64,000 nucleotides of DNA from the NCBI GenBank assembly GCA_965200875.1, contig OZ241456.1, positions 1,184,001 to 1,248,000 of the forward strand, in the 5' to 3' direction. How positions within the stretch are numbered: position 1 is the stretch's first letter; every line of letters begins with the position of its first letter. A program made the position numbers and the translations under genes. This DNA is from Bdellovibrionales bacterium. GTDB taxonomy: Bacteria; Bdellovibrionota; Bdellovibrionia; Bdellovibrionales; UBA1609. Under the pieces are notes generated by a model. That model was not told the DNA's origin. It worked only from the letters and a program-made list of their open reading frames with translations, and did not search any database. Below, piece by piece: positions 9,902-18,821 of this stretch.

Positions 9902-10533
9902 TGTTTTTCCTCTTTATTACATTTTTTCACCAAAAAAGGCACACTTTTTTTAGTCATTATCAGGCAATCGTATTTCAGCAAATCATAAACATTCAAACCT
10001 TCCACCGGCAAAAACTGAAAGGAGTTTAAATTGGCTGAAGCCCTTTTAAAAAGTGGTTCTCCATCCTGATCCACCAACAAAGCCTTTTTCAGTCCAAAGT
10101 TTTTTAAACGAATGTGTAATTCTTTCGTTTTTCCTTCCTTGGATATCATACTTTCCACAAAAAATATTTTTTTTTCTTTCCACAAATAAGAAAGTCCCTG
10201 CCTTAGAGCTGACTTTCTGATTTTAACCGGCAAGGCGTAACCATAACCACGAGGCTTGGGGCCGAATGTCACACCCCCTCCACGATTAAGAGGAGAACGA
10301 ATAGAACCTTGGCGGGCATTTCCCGTGCCTTTTTGACGAAACGGCTTTTTACCTCCTCCACTAACATCAGCACGAGTTTTGGCTTTGTGATTTCCCTTTC
10401 TCGCTGAAGCCCTTTGCCAACGAACCACCTCATTAATCAGTTCCACTTTTATCTCCTGTTGAAACAAAGTTTCCGGCAAATCCAGTTCTGCCACCTTTTC
10501 TTTTTTCCAATTTAAAATTTCTGCCCTAAGCAT
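9898..10533 (-). CDS. rplD: 50S ribosomal protein L4
   Basis: KTRADVSGGGKKPFRQKGTGNARQGSIRSP. Confidence 0.98.
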   Translation of the reverse strand: MLRAEILNWKKEKVAELDLPETLFQQEIKVELINEVVRWQRASARKGNHKAKTRADVSGGGKKPFRQKGTGNARQGSIRSPLNRGGGVTFGPKPRGYGYALPVKIRKSALRQGLSYLWKEKKIFFVESMISKEGKTKELHIRLKNFGLKKALLVDQDGEPLFKRASANLNSFQFLPVEGLNVYDLLKYDCLIMTKKSVPFLVKKCNKEEKQ

Positions 10534-11554
10534 TTTTTACTCCTAGCTTTTCATTCATCTTGGATAAAAAAACCAATGAGTTTCTGGCCCCAGGGACTGG
10601 TCCTTTCACCACAATTAAATTTTTATCTGAAATAACATCCATTATCCGAACATTTTTCAAAGTGGTTTTTTCCACACCATAATGTCCAGCCATTTTTTTT
10701 CCGGGCATTACGCGAGCAGGTTCCGTGCGGTTGCCAATAGAACCTCCAGTCCGATGAGTTTTAGATCCATGAGAAGCAGGACCTCCTTTAAAATCCCACC
10801 GCTTCACCACACCTGTAAATCCATGTCCTTTAGAAATAGCACACACTTTTACTTTGTCCCCTTTTTGAAGAGAATGAATGGATACGGACTGCCCTACTTC
10901 GATATTATCAACACTATCCTGTCTGATTTCCCGGATATAACGAGCACCTTCGGCAAAACCAGCAGGAGCAAGATGCGTTTTTAACGACTTTGAAGAGCGA
11001 TTGTTTTTCTGAGGCATACAAGCCAGCTGAACACTATTATATCCTTCTTTTTCTTTTTGTTTAATCTGAGACACAACCCAAGGCTTTACATGTAAAAAAG
11101 TTACAGGAATAAACTGGCCTTTTTCATCATAAAGGGAAGACATAGCGAGTTTAAACGCATAAAGACCAGATAGCTTTATTTCTTCTTTCGGAGTTTTTTG
11201 TTGAGGAGACTCTACTTGTTCCATTGTGGGTTCAACCTTTTTTTGAACCTGTCTATCCTCCTTGTTTTCTGCCATTTCTTTGTCTTGAGTTGACTTATCT
11301 GCTACTTCTTTGTCCGGGGATGACTTGTCTCCGACTGGCTTGTCTTGGGCGAATTTGTCTACGACTGGCTGGTCCTCTGGAGCTGACTGATCGGTGACTG
11401 GCTTTTCACTAGTCGCCTCTGACTTTTTTACATCATCGGAAACCTTGCTCTTTTCTGCACCAAGTGAAGAAGAAGATATTTTTTCTCCCTTTTCTCCTGA
11501 ATGAGTTGTCGCAGTTTTTCTGTCAGATTGACTTTTTTTGTTTTTGTTATTCAT
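10526..11554 (-). CDS. rplC: 50S ribosomal protein L3 with ~125-aa N-terminal low-complexity extension
   Basis: SKGHGFTGVVKRW, GPASHGS, PGKKMAGHYG, VKGPVPG; the ORF starts 10 nt after the rpsJ stop. Confidence 0.97.
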   Translation of the reverse strand: MNNKNKKSQSDRKTATTHSGEKGEKISSSSLGAEKSKVSDDVKKSEATSEKPVTDQSAPEDQPVVDKFAQDKPVGDKSSPDKEVADKSTQDKEMAENKEDRQVQKKVEPTMEQVESPQQKTPKEEIKLSGLYAFKLAMSSLYDEKGQFIPVTFLHVKPWVVSQIKQKEKEGYNSVQLACMPQKNNRSSKSLKTHLAPAGFAEGARYIREIRQDSVDNIEVGQSVSIHSLQKGDKVKVCAISKGHGFTGVVKRWDFKGGPASHGSKTHRTGGSIGNRTEPARVMPGKKMAGHYGVEKTTLKNVRIMDVISDKNLIVVKGPVPGARNSLVFLSKMNEKLGVKNA

Positions 11555-11563
11555 TTTGATTTC

Positions 11564-11887
11564 CTAGTGAGGATTTAGCGCAATATCCACATCTACGCCG
11601 GCGGGCAAATCCAATTTTGTTAATTGATTGATTGTTTGTTCTGTAGGTTCAGAAATTTCCAGAAGACGCTTATATCTCCGTATTTCAAATTGTTCACGGG
11701 ATTTTTTATTGACATGAGGGGAGCGCAAAATGGTGTAGCGATTGATTTTTACAGGTAAGGGAATAGGGCCGGCCACATTGGCTCCTGTTCTCTTAGCCGT
11801 ATCCACAATACCCCGCACAGATTGATCCAAAAGCTTATGATCGAAACCCATGAGACGAATCCGTATTCTCTGTCCTTCCATTTCCAT
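11564..11887 (-). CDS. rpsJ: 30S ribosomal protein S10
   Basis: [31 protein letters not shown]. Confidence 0.99.
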   Translation of the reverse strand: MEMEGQRIRIRLMGFDHKLLDQSVRGIVDTAKRTGANVAGPIPLPVKINRYTILRSPHVNKKSREQFEIRRYKRLLEISEPTEQTINQLTKLDLPAGVDVDIALNPH

Positions 11888-12083
11888 TTTTTATATCCTT
11901 TATGGGTGATAAGTACCCCTCCCGCCAAGAGTCTTATGTTGCCATTATCTTTCATTAAATACCTTTTGAAAGCAAACCTTTAAAGTTAATCTACCTGATT
12001 ATTAAGGCTGTTTTTCTCCGAAAATAAGCCAAAAACATGACACTTAAAGCCATATTTACGCTAATTTTTCAGGCAGAACCTTC

Positions 12084-12112
12084 ACTATACAGGGCAGTTA
12101 CTGTATTATCAA
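12084..12112 (-). promoter_or_regulatory. sigma70-type promoter of the S10 operon
   Basis: Minus strand TTGATA-17 nt-TATAGT about 200 nt upstream of rpsJ. Confidence 0.6.
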
Positions 12113-12299
12113 AATATAAAAATAATACAACGCAGTGTGGCTGAATTTACATCATCTTTTTTTTTCAAGTCAAGCTTCATCTGGTAATTTCAACACAAAA
12201 AACAGAGATAGAGGTAAATTTATCCGGTATAAAGGCTTTTTCACAGACAACCAACACGCAAAAAATCACAAAATAAGCCTGTAATTTTAAATATTTAGA

Positions 12300-12376
12300 G
12301 GTCACGTAGCTCAGATGGATAGAGCGACAGTTTCCGGAACTGTAGGCCGTGGGTTCGAATCCTACCGTGACCACCA
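12300..12376 (+). tRNA. tRNA-Arg (CCG)
   Basis: Acceptor stem GGTCACG/CGTGACC, anticodon arm ACAGT-TTCCGGA-ACTGT, T-loop GTTCGAAT, encoded CCA. Confidence 0.95.
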
Positions 12377-12490
12377 TAATCCTACTAGCTTTTCCCTCCA
12401 TCCCATAGAGGATGCACACAAAAATCTTTATCGTATGCCTTCTAAATCCACTGAAGAGATAAGCGCAATAAAAGACATTTTCACTTTCTA

Positions 12491-14227
12491 CTAATTACAT
12501 CTGTTTTTCACAGTCTGAACAAAGTTTTCAATCTCATTATTCATATCGGATGATTCACCGTTGTTGATATTATGCAGTCTGCGTAGATGAGATGTTAAAG
12601 GTTTGGGAAGTTTGGAATCTCCTTCATCGTTCAAGTAATCCATATCCTTTTCAATTTGTGAGGGGAAACTTCTGGTTTGTCCAGAAAGTCTAGCTTCATT
12701 TTGAAACTTTATCTGTTCAAACCTGATTGGTTCATATTCATTTTGCTCCAACATTGCTTTTCTTCTTAAACAAGCTGTGTTTGTTGCGTTTACTTCCTGG
12801 CCATTTTGATCTGTTCTGTTGCAAAAAGCACCATTGGCTGTAAGAGATTTTCCATGCTCTATAAAGGCTGTCATTTTATCAGTGATAACACTGGTACCTC
12901 CATTATAAGCTTGGTATATTAATTGCCATTTATCATCCTGATTTATATCATAAATTTTCACTTTTCTTATTTTCAGATCATTTATATTATAACTCCTTTT
13001 TTCTCTGTGATTGCGATTTCTATCGTATAAAGCATGATACAATTCTCTGTCACTTTTCATCACCCATGAGTACTGCCTTTCACTTCCATCCGCTTCAGTA
13101 AATTTTCCCTCAACAATCAACATTTCATCCAAATGAATAGGTAATAAAAAATCTGTTTTCAGTTGAGACACAATATCACCCACTTCTAGGTGTTGAGGTA
13201 TGCTACCTTCAATATTGAGAGAATTTTTAGACAAAGTGTTCTCTAGAGCTTTCATATTCATCTTCACATTGTACATGGCATAAAAAAAACAAGTAGGAGC
13301 ATGTTGACTCAGCTGACAATCTAATTTTCTGGCTATAGGTTTATATTGGTCAAAACTGCTGTCACTTCTTTGACCTTGTCCTTCTGGTCGAATAGCATCC
13401 GGGATATGTACATTTGCAGGAAGGTCAGGACACTTATCCACAGCGTTTTTGTAAATTTCACTTTTCCAAGAAGTGTTTGTATTACTGCTCAAGTAAATTC
13501 TTTTGCCTATTTCTTCAGCGGTTATCTGAGTGATTTGACCATAACAACGCGCTCCCGTACTACTTTTGTTATTGAGAATAAAGTGAGACTCATGGTTAAA
13601 CAATTTAAAAAGATATTTTTTTTCTTTATATGTAAAATCAAAACAATTCGCCATTGTATGGAAAGCCCTATGAGTCATCATTATATATTCTTCATTTAAA
13701 CAGGGAGCGGGAGGGTCTATTGTTTGTTTTTCTCCTGAAGGATTTGTCACAGAAAGCTGTTGTGTTTTCGCGCTTTTAGCATTATCACAATAATAATAAT
13801 TTGGTGTTCCTTTTATTGTACTGTTTTCGTCTGTAATTTTTCCAGAAGGTTTTGCTACAGAATGAACGGCACTGGCAAAAAAACACTCTGGGGGAATGGA
13901 TATTGCGTCAGAAATAGTTTGCGCTAAATCTTGATCATCACTGCTACTGTTGAGCTTTTGTTTCCAACAGTCCAAAGAGGGACAGCTGGCCTCTATGGAA
14001 AAATCCTGATCCCCATGCACCATATTTTCTGTCATTTCTTTGTTTTTCCAGCTACAAACTTCAAAAGGGATTCTGGCCCATGCTATTTTAGTAAAAAATA
14101 AAACTGTAAAAAAGAAAATCAAATAACGGGTGTATTTCATAAGTAAGCAATAGTTTTTCATTTTGAGCATTTCAGTAATAAGTTTATCTCTTTTTTCCAG
14201 AAAACAGGGTTTAACGACATACCACAA
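12491..14227 (-). CDS. exported protein with lytic transglycosylase (SLT)-like motifs
   Basis: Signal-like N-terminus; NHESHF...SSTGARCYGQIT and AYNGG resemble SLT motifs; start probably downstream of 14227. Confidence 0.6.
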   Translation of the reverse strand: MWYVVKPCFLEKRDKLITEMLKMKNYCLLMKYTRYLIFFFTVLFFTKIAWARIPFEVCSWKNKEMTENMVHGDQDFSIEASCPSLDCWKQKLNSSSDDQDLAQTISDAISIPPECFFASAVHSVAKPSGKITDENSTIKGTPNYYYCDNAKSAKTQQLSVTNPSGEKQTIDPPAPCLNEEYIMMTHRAFHTMANCFDFTYKEKKYLFKLFNHESHFILNNKSSTGARCYGQITQITAEEIGKRIYLSSNTNTSWKSEIYKNAVDKCPDLPANVHIPDAIRPEGQGQRSDSSFDQYKPIARKLDCQLSQHAPTCFFYAMYNVKMNMKALENTLSKNSLNIEGSIPQHLEVGDIVSQLKTDFLLPIHLDEMLIVEGKFTEADGSERQYSWVMKSDRELYHALYDRNRNHREKRSYNINDLKIRKVKIYDINQDDKWQLIYQAYNGGTSVITDKMTAFIEHGKSLTANGAFCNRTDQNGQEVNATNTACLRRKAMLEQNEYEPIRFEQIKFQNEARLSGQTRSFPSQIEKDMDYLNDEGDSKLPKPLTSHLRRLHNINNGESSDMNNEIENFVQTVKNRCN

Positions 14228-14314
14228 CCATCTGTTTTGAACATTCTACAATTCCGTCTAAAAAAATCAGATCTGGTTTGGAATATAATCTATCGGAAAA
14301 ACCCCCGGGTTATT

Positions 14315-14857
14315 TTATTGATTTACTCTAGCCATACAGAGCAAACTGTCAAAAATTATTTGCGCCCACCAGGGAAAAGTAACTTTTTTTGTTTCATCTA
14401 TATTATGAGAATATCTATAGTTATGCTCAAAAGTATTTTTTAATACGGACACTTTTTTATAAGGTTCTATATTTTCTTTTATCACTGCTTTATATGGTAA
14501 CTCTTGAATCTGAGTGAGTATAGAGTTTAACAAGATTCTGTCTTTGAGACTTAAATGAAAGTTGTCTTTTAAGTATAGTATGAGCTGTTCCGTCTTATTG
14601 AGATATTCTTCAAAAAGGGAAAGTTTTTGACTTAAATTCGTAAGCGTGACATCATCACATGATCCCAAAAAAGTACTTAATTGATTTTTTAATCGATTAT
14701 TAATATCTTCAGAACTTATCTTTCTATAATTTACAGGGTTTTTGGAGGAAGTTTTTTTTTGTGATTTGGCCATCGCATAAGGCAAAGTCACTTTTGGCAT
14801 TGTTGAAATAAAAAATACGGCAGAACCAAAAAGAAACAAAAACTTCATAAAAAACAA
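14315..14857 (-). CDS. hypothetical exported/membrane protein
   Basis: 180-aa ORF with hydrophobic N-terminus. Confidence 0.6.
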   Translation of the reverse strand: MFFMKFLFLFGSAVFFISTMPKVTLPYAMAKSQKKTSSKNPVNYRKISSEDINNRLKNQLSTFLGSCDDVTLTNLSQKLSLFEEYLNKTEQLILYLKDNFHLSLKDRILLNSILTQIQELPYKAVIKENIEPYKKVSVLKNTFEHNYRYSHNIDETKKVTFPWWAQIIFDSLLCMARVNQ

Positions 14858-14899
14858 TGTACCATAAATCTTTCCATTCAGGAAACTTTTAGCGAAATT

Positions 14900-15469
14900 T
14901 TATGGATTGGAACGGACGCAGGCGGAAAGTTTTTTTTCCTCCAAGGCGGATATAAATCTCAAAAAACCCTCTGCTTGTTGATGAAGCAACTTTCTTATTT
15001 CTTCATCTTTAATTTCTCCTTCGGACAAAAGGTTGAAAATATTCTGCAAAAATACCTTTTGAGGATAAATAAACGCATTTCGATAGCTCATAATCTGCTG
15101 TAATTGCTCAACAGCTCTTAAAGCTCCAAAACGCCCCCCTAAACCCACAAAAGCGATGGGACGGTATTCAAAAGTTTCAGGGTAGCTCCAATGATCTATA
15201 AAAAATTTAAAAATTCCGGGAAAAGAGCCGTTATATTCAGGACATACAATAATAAGTCCAGAAGAAACATTGAGTTTGGATATCACTTGTTGAACATTTT
15301 GAGGCAGTTTCTCAGGATAAGGATTCTGGATCAGCACTTCAAAAGGAACATCCTTCAAAGATATAATCTCCAAAGAACAATTTAAACTTTTATATATTTT
15401 TTGAAGAATGCCAGATACAACAAGACTATTGGAACCTGGGCGATTAGTGGCGGAAATAATGTATTTCAT
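14900..15469 (-). CDS. NAD(P)H-dependent FMN reductase
   Basis: SATNRPGSNS, VCPEYNGSFPGIFKFFID, GGRFGALRAVEQL. Confidence 0.92.
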   Translation of the reverse strand: MKYIISATNRPGSNSLVVSGILQKIYKSLNCSLEIISLKDVPFEVLIQNPYPEKLPQNVQQVISKLNVSSGLIIVCPEYNGSFPGIFKFFIDHWSYPETFEYRPIAFVGLGGRFGALRAVEQLQQIMSYRNAFIYPQKVFLQNIFNLLSEGEIKDEEIRKLLHQQAEGFLRFISALEEKKLSACVRSNP

Positions 15470-15499
15470 ACTATGTGGTTCCTCTTTTTTTAGGACTGA

Positions 15500-15805
15500 T
15501 TACCAGCTAGATTTAGTAACACCAGGAATTTTACCTTGATGGGCCAGCTGACGAAACATAAGTCGGGATAAGCCAAACCGACGTAAATTACCTCTAGGCC
15601 GACCAGAGATATTACATCGGCGAACAACACGGGAAAGAGAACTGTTTTTAGGCAATTTTTGTAAAGAAATTCCGGCGGAATATCTTTCTTCTTCAGAAAG
15701 CTTAAGGTTGGATACTTTTTTACGCAATTCAGAGCGAAAAGCCATGTACTTAAAAGCTTTTTCTCTTCTTTTGTTATTTTTCACAATAGAACTTTTTTTA
15801 GCCAT
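15500..15805 (-). CDS. rpsN: 30S ribosomal protein S14, long zinc-independent form
   Basis: MAKKS...[19 protein letters not shown]...IPGVTKSSW; 101 aa, one Cys. Confidence 0.97.
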   Translation of the reverse strand: MAKKSSIVKNNKRREKAFKYMAFRSELRKKVSNLKLSEEERYSAGISLQKLPKNSSLSRVVRRCNISGRPRGNLRRFGLSRLMFRQLAHQGKIPGVTKSSW

Positions 15806-15935
15806 TTTTTATATCTCCGGTTTTTGTTTGCAGGTGATAAATATTTTCTGTCCTTCCAAGAGGACTGACACTTTCATAGCCATATTTTATAGCAAAACCA
15901 TACTAATATAACAAAAGAGGATTCGCAACTAATTA

Positions 15936-16020
15936 GTGACCCGTGAAAAGCCAAGTTATTGGCTTTCAGTCCCTTAAAAACGAGAATCCTCAGAAAATAA
16001 CATACTTTTTCACAGACTAC
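15936..16020. mobile_element. MITE-like repeat copy
   Basis: Ends GTGACCCGTGAAAA / TTTTTCACAGACTAC; internal GAAAAGCCAAG..TTGGCTTTC hairpin shared with the 63717 copy. Confidence 0.75.
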
Positions 16021-16040
16021 GAATTATAATAATTTTTCTA

Positions 16041-16070
16041 TTGAAATTTCCAGTTAATTTGCCATAGAAT
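16041..16070 (+). promoter_or_regulatory. candidate sigma70 promoter of the glutamine synthetase gene
   Basis: TTGAAA-18 nt-TAGAAT. Confidence 0.35.
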
Positions 16071-16150
16071 GCAAAATCATAAAATAAAGTATGTAAAAAG
16101 CACAGAAAACAGTATAAAAGCACGGAAACAACATACACAGGAGATACAAT

Positions 16151-17203
16151 ATGTTCAGTATATGTGAATATATATGGATAGATGGAGCTTTACCCACTCA
16201 AAAGCTCAGATCAAAAACCCGTATTTTACAAAGTTTAAAGCCTTTTAATCAGTTAAAGTTGAAAGACTTTCCAGAATGGGGTTTTGATGGTTCTTCCACT
16301 TATCAAGCTCCAGGTAATCAATCTGATCTTGTTTTAAAGCCTGTGCAATTTGTCAAAGATTCGTATCGAGGGGAAAATCACTATTTAATTATGTGCGAAG
16401 TGTTTAACCCCGATGGTTCTTTCCACTCCACAAATACACGAGCTGAGTTAAGAAGAGTGCTCTCTGCCGGCGCAAACAAAGAAGACCCTTGGTTTGGAGT
16501 GGAACAGGAATATACTCTTTTCCGAAACCGTGTTCCATTAGGTTGGCCTGATAAAGGATATCCTGCCCCCCAAGGTCCGTTTTATTGTGGTATTGGAGCA
16601 GATGAGGTGTTTGGCCGGGAGTTAGTGGAAAAACATCTGCAACATTGTGTATCAGCCGGCATTATGATTTTTGGAGTAAATGCTGAAGTCATGCCTGGTC
16701 AATGGGAATTTCAAATTGGCTACAGGCATATAGAAGGGGAATCTGCTGATCCCCTGACAGTAGCTGATCACACTTGGTTGGCTCGTTACTTTTTGTATCG
16801 TCTGGGTGAAGATTTTAAAATAACTGCTGTTTTGGATAATAAACCTGTTAAAGGAAATTGGAACGGGGCTGGACAACATACAAATTTTTCTGTTAAATCC
16901 ATGAGAGATCCAAAAAAAGGAATGGCTTTTATAGAAAAATCTCTTTCTCTTTTATCTCAAAAACACCAAGAACATATAAAAGTATATGGGCATGGTTTAT
17001 CGGAACGACTCACAGGTTTGCATGAAACCTGCCATATTGATGAATTTAAACATGGCGTAGCGGATAGAGGAGCTTCTATCAGGATTCCTCTGCATGTTTC
17101 TAAAAAAGGGTATGGCTATCTGGAAGATCGTCGCCCGGGAGCCAATGCAGATCCTTATCAAGTGGCCAGTCGCATTTTAAAAACAATATGTGAAATAGAA
17201 TAA
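16151..17203 (+). CDS. glnII: glutamine synthetase type II
   Basis: EYIWIDG, LRSKTR, WGFDGSST, PQGPFYCG, NAEVMPGQWEFQIG, WNGAG.HTNFS, GYLEDRRP; 350 aa. Confidence 0.93.
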   Translation: MFSICEYIWIDGALPTQKLRSKTRILQSLKPFNQLKLKDFPEWGFDGSSTYQAPGNQSDLVLKPVQFVKDSYRGENHYLIMCEVFNPDGSFHSTNTRAELRRVLSAGANKEDPWFGVEQEYTLFRNRVPLGWPDKGYPAPQGPFYCGIGADEVFGRELVEKHLQHCVSAGIMIFGVNAEVMPGQWEFQIGYRHIEGESADPLTVADHTWLARYFLYRLGEDFKITAVLDNKPVKGNWNGAGQHTNFSVKSMRDPKKGMAFIEKSLSLLSQKHQEHIKVYGHGLSERLTGLHETCHIDEFKHGVADRGASIRIPLHVSKKGYGYLEDRRPGANADPYQVASRILKTICEIE

Positions 17204-17229
17204 CAAAAATGCCAGTATCAAGGAAAATC

Positions 17230-18669
17230 CTATAGAAACTTTTTATAATTCTCCACAGTTAATGGCTCAAAAGCTTTCAGCTGTGATTTTATCTGATCTA
17301 CATTAGTGAACACTAAAATTTTCATTAAATTCGGATGTAAATGTTTTTTTATCACTTTATTCACAATATCAACATTCAGAACATTCAGATGATCAAAAAA
17401 CTCTTCTACATACTTGTAAGAAATTCCGTTGCTGTTAAGGTATAATAAATAATGTGCAAAATGATCTGCAACAGCAACACCACTTATAAATTGATTTTTT
17501 AAAAGTTGCTTTGCCTTTTCCAATTCTTTTTCCGTAATACCCTCCTTATGAAAATTTTCTAACACACCAAATATTTCCAATAAAGCCTGTCCCACTTTAT
17601 CGTTTCGCACTGCCAACCCCAGATTAAATGACCCTGATTCTTTTTTCGCGGAAAGATAAGAAGAAATCCCATAAGTTAACCCTCTTTGCACGCGAATACG
17701 ATTCATAAGGCGAGATGTAAAATTACCTCCTAGAATCAAATTAGCCACTCTAAAAGGTAAATAATCAGGGTGTGATCGGCTTAAAGAAATATGCCCCATT
17801 CTTATTTCCGATTGAACAGCAGAAGGATGATTAACCACCATTAGTTTTCTTTCCTGATTGGCGGGAACAGCAGAAACAGAAATACTCGGATTTTTTGTTT
17901 TTTCTTTAATAGGTTTTTTCCAAGTTCCAAAAAAATTTTCCAACTTTTCAATAATATTTTCAGAATACCGGCCAGCCACGCTTAACACCATACGCTCAGG
18001 AGTAAAGTAACGATTATAAAAGTCTTTAATATCCTCTATCTGAATTTTCTGTAAACTACTTAAACTGCCATTTTTATAAAAACCATAAGGGTGAGAACCA
18101 TACAAATATTTGTTAAAAATTTGCCAAGAATAAGAGGAAAAATGCTCAGATTTTCTTTTAGCCCATCCCAAGGCACGCTCTTTCGCTCTTTCAAACTCTT
18201 TGGTTAAAAACAAGGGCTGTGTAATAATATCAGATAAAATTTCCAATGCTGATTCATCCAACCAAGAGAGAGTCTCCACAGAAAAAGAAACATAATCTCT
18301 ACCCACATTGTATGCGAGAGAAGTGCCAAGCATTTCCATGTCTTCCGCTACTTTTGTGGCAGAGCGTTTTTTTGTACCTTTGTCCATAATTTCCATCAAC
18401 AAAGATACAAGTCCTTCTTTATTTTCTGGATCTATTTTCGAACCAACTTTAAACATAATATCAAAGGATAAAGAAGGCAATACATCATCTTTTATCAAAA
18501 TTACTTCCACACCATTAGATAGAGTTTTCTGAATGAAAGAATAGGGTTTGTATTGATCCACAGCACTCATACTGGTTTCCCTCCAAAACAGGCAGACTGT
18601 GCCTATAAAAACAATTCCTAAAAGTATCAAGACAACTTTTTTACTCAATGAAAAAATTTTTTGTCTCAT
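17230..18669 (-). CDS. M16 family peptidase, non-catalytic subunit
   Basis: M16-like sequence lacking HXXEH; SRLMNRIRVQRGLTY motif. Confidence 0.88.
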   Translation of the reverse strand: MRQKIFSLSKKVVLILLGIVFIGTVCLFWRETSMSAVDQYKPYSFIQKTLSNGVEVILIKDDVLPSLSFDIMFKVGSKIDPENKEGLVSLLMEIMDKGTKKRSATKVAEDMEMLGTSLAYNVGRDYVSFSVETLSWLDESALEILSDIITQPLFLTKEFERAKERALGWAKRKSEHFSSYSWQIFNKYLYGSHPYGFYKNGSLSSLQKIQIEDIKDFYNRYFTPERMVLSVAGRYSENIIEKLENFFGTWKKPIKEKTKNPSISVSAVPANQERKLMVVNHPSAVQSEIRMGHISLSRSHPDYLPFRVANLILGGNFTSRLMNRIRVQRGLTYGISSYLSAKKESGSFNLGLAVRNDKVGQALLEIFGVLENFHKEGITEKELEKAKQLLKNQFISGVAVADHFAHYLLYLNSNGISYKYVEEFFDHLNVLNVDIVNKVIKKHLHPNLMKILVFTNVDQIKSQLKAFEPLTVENYKKFL

Positions 18670-18821
18670 TTCATTATCTCATTTTCCGGTTTTACATACA
18701 TAAAAAATTGGAAAAATCACAATTATTTATATACTTATTTCGTTTCAGTCACCAAGTTCTTTTGTTTGCCTCCACTATTTGAAATTGATATTTTTGATAA
18801 AATCACGCGCCAATATAAAAA

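Noticed and set aside
12300..12376. tRNA-Arg as an island or prophage attachment site
   Set aside because: No integrase nearby and I found no duplicate of the tRNA 3' end in the window
12177..12419. 80-aa ORF across the tRNA
   Set aside because: Antisense reading of tRNA-Arg
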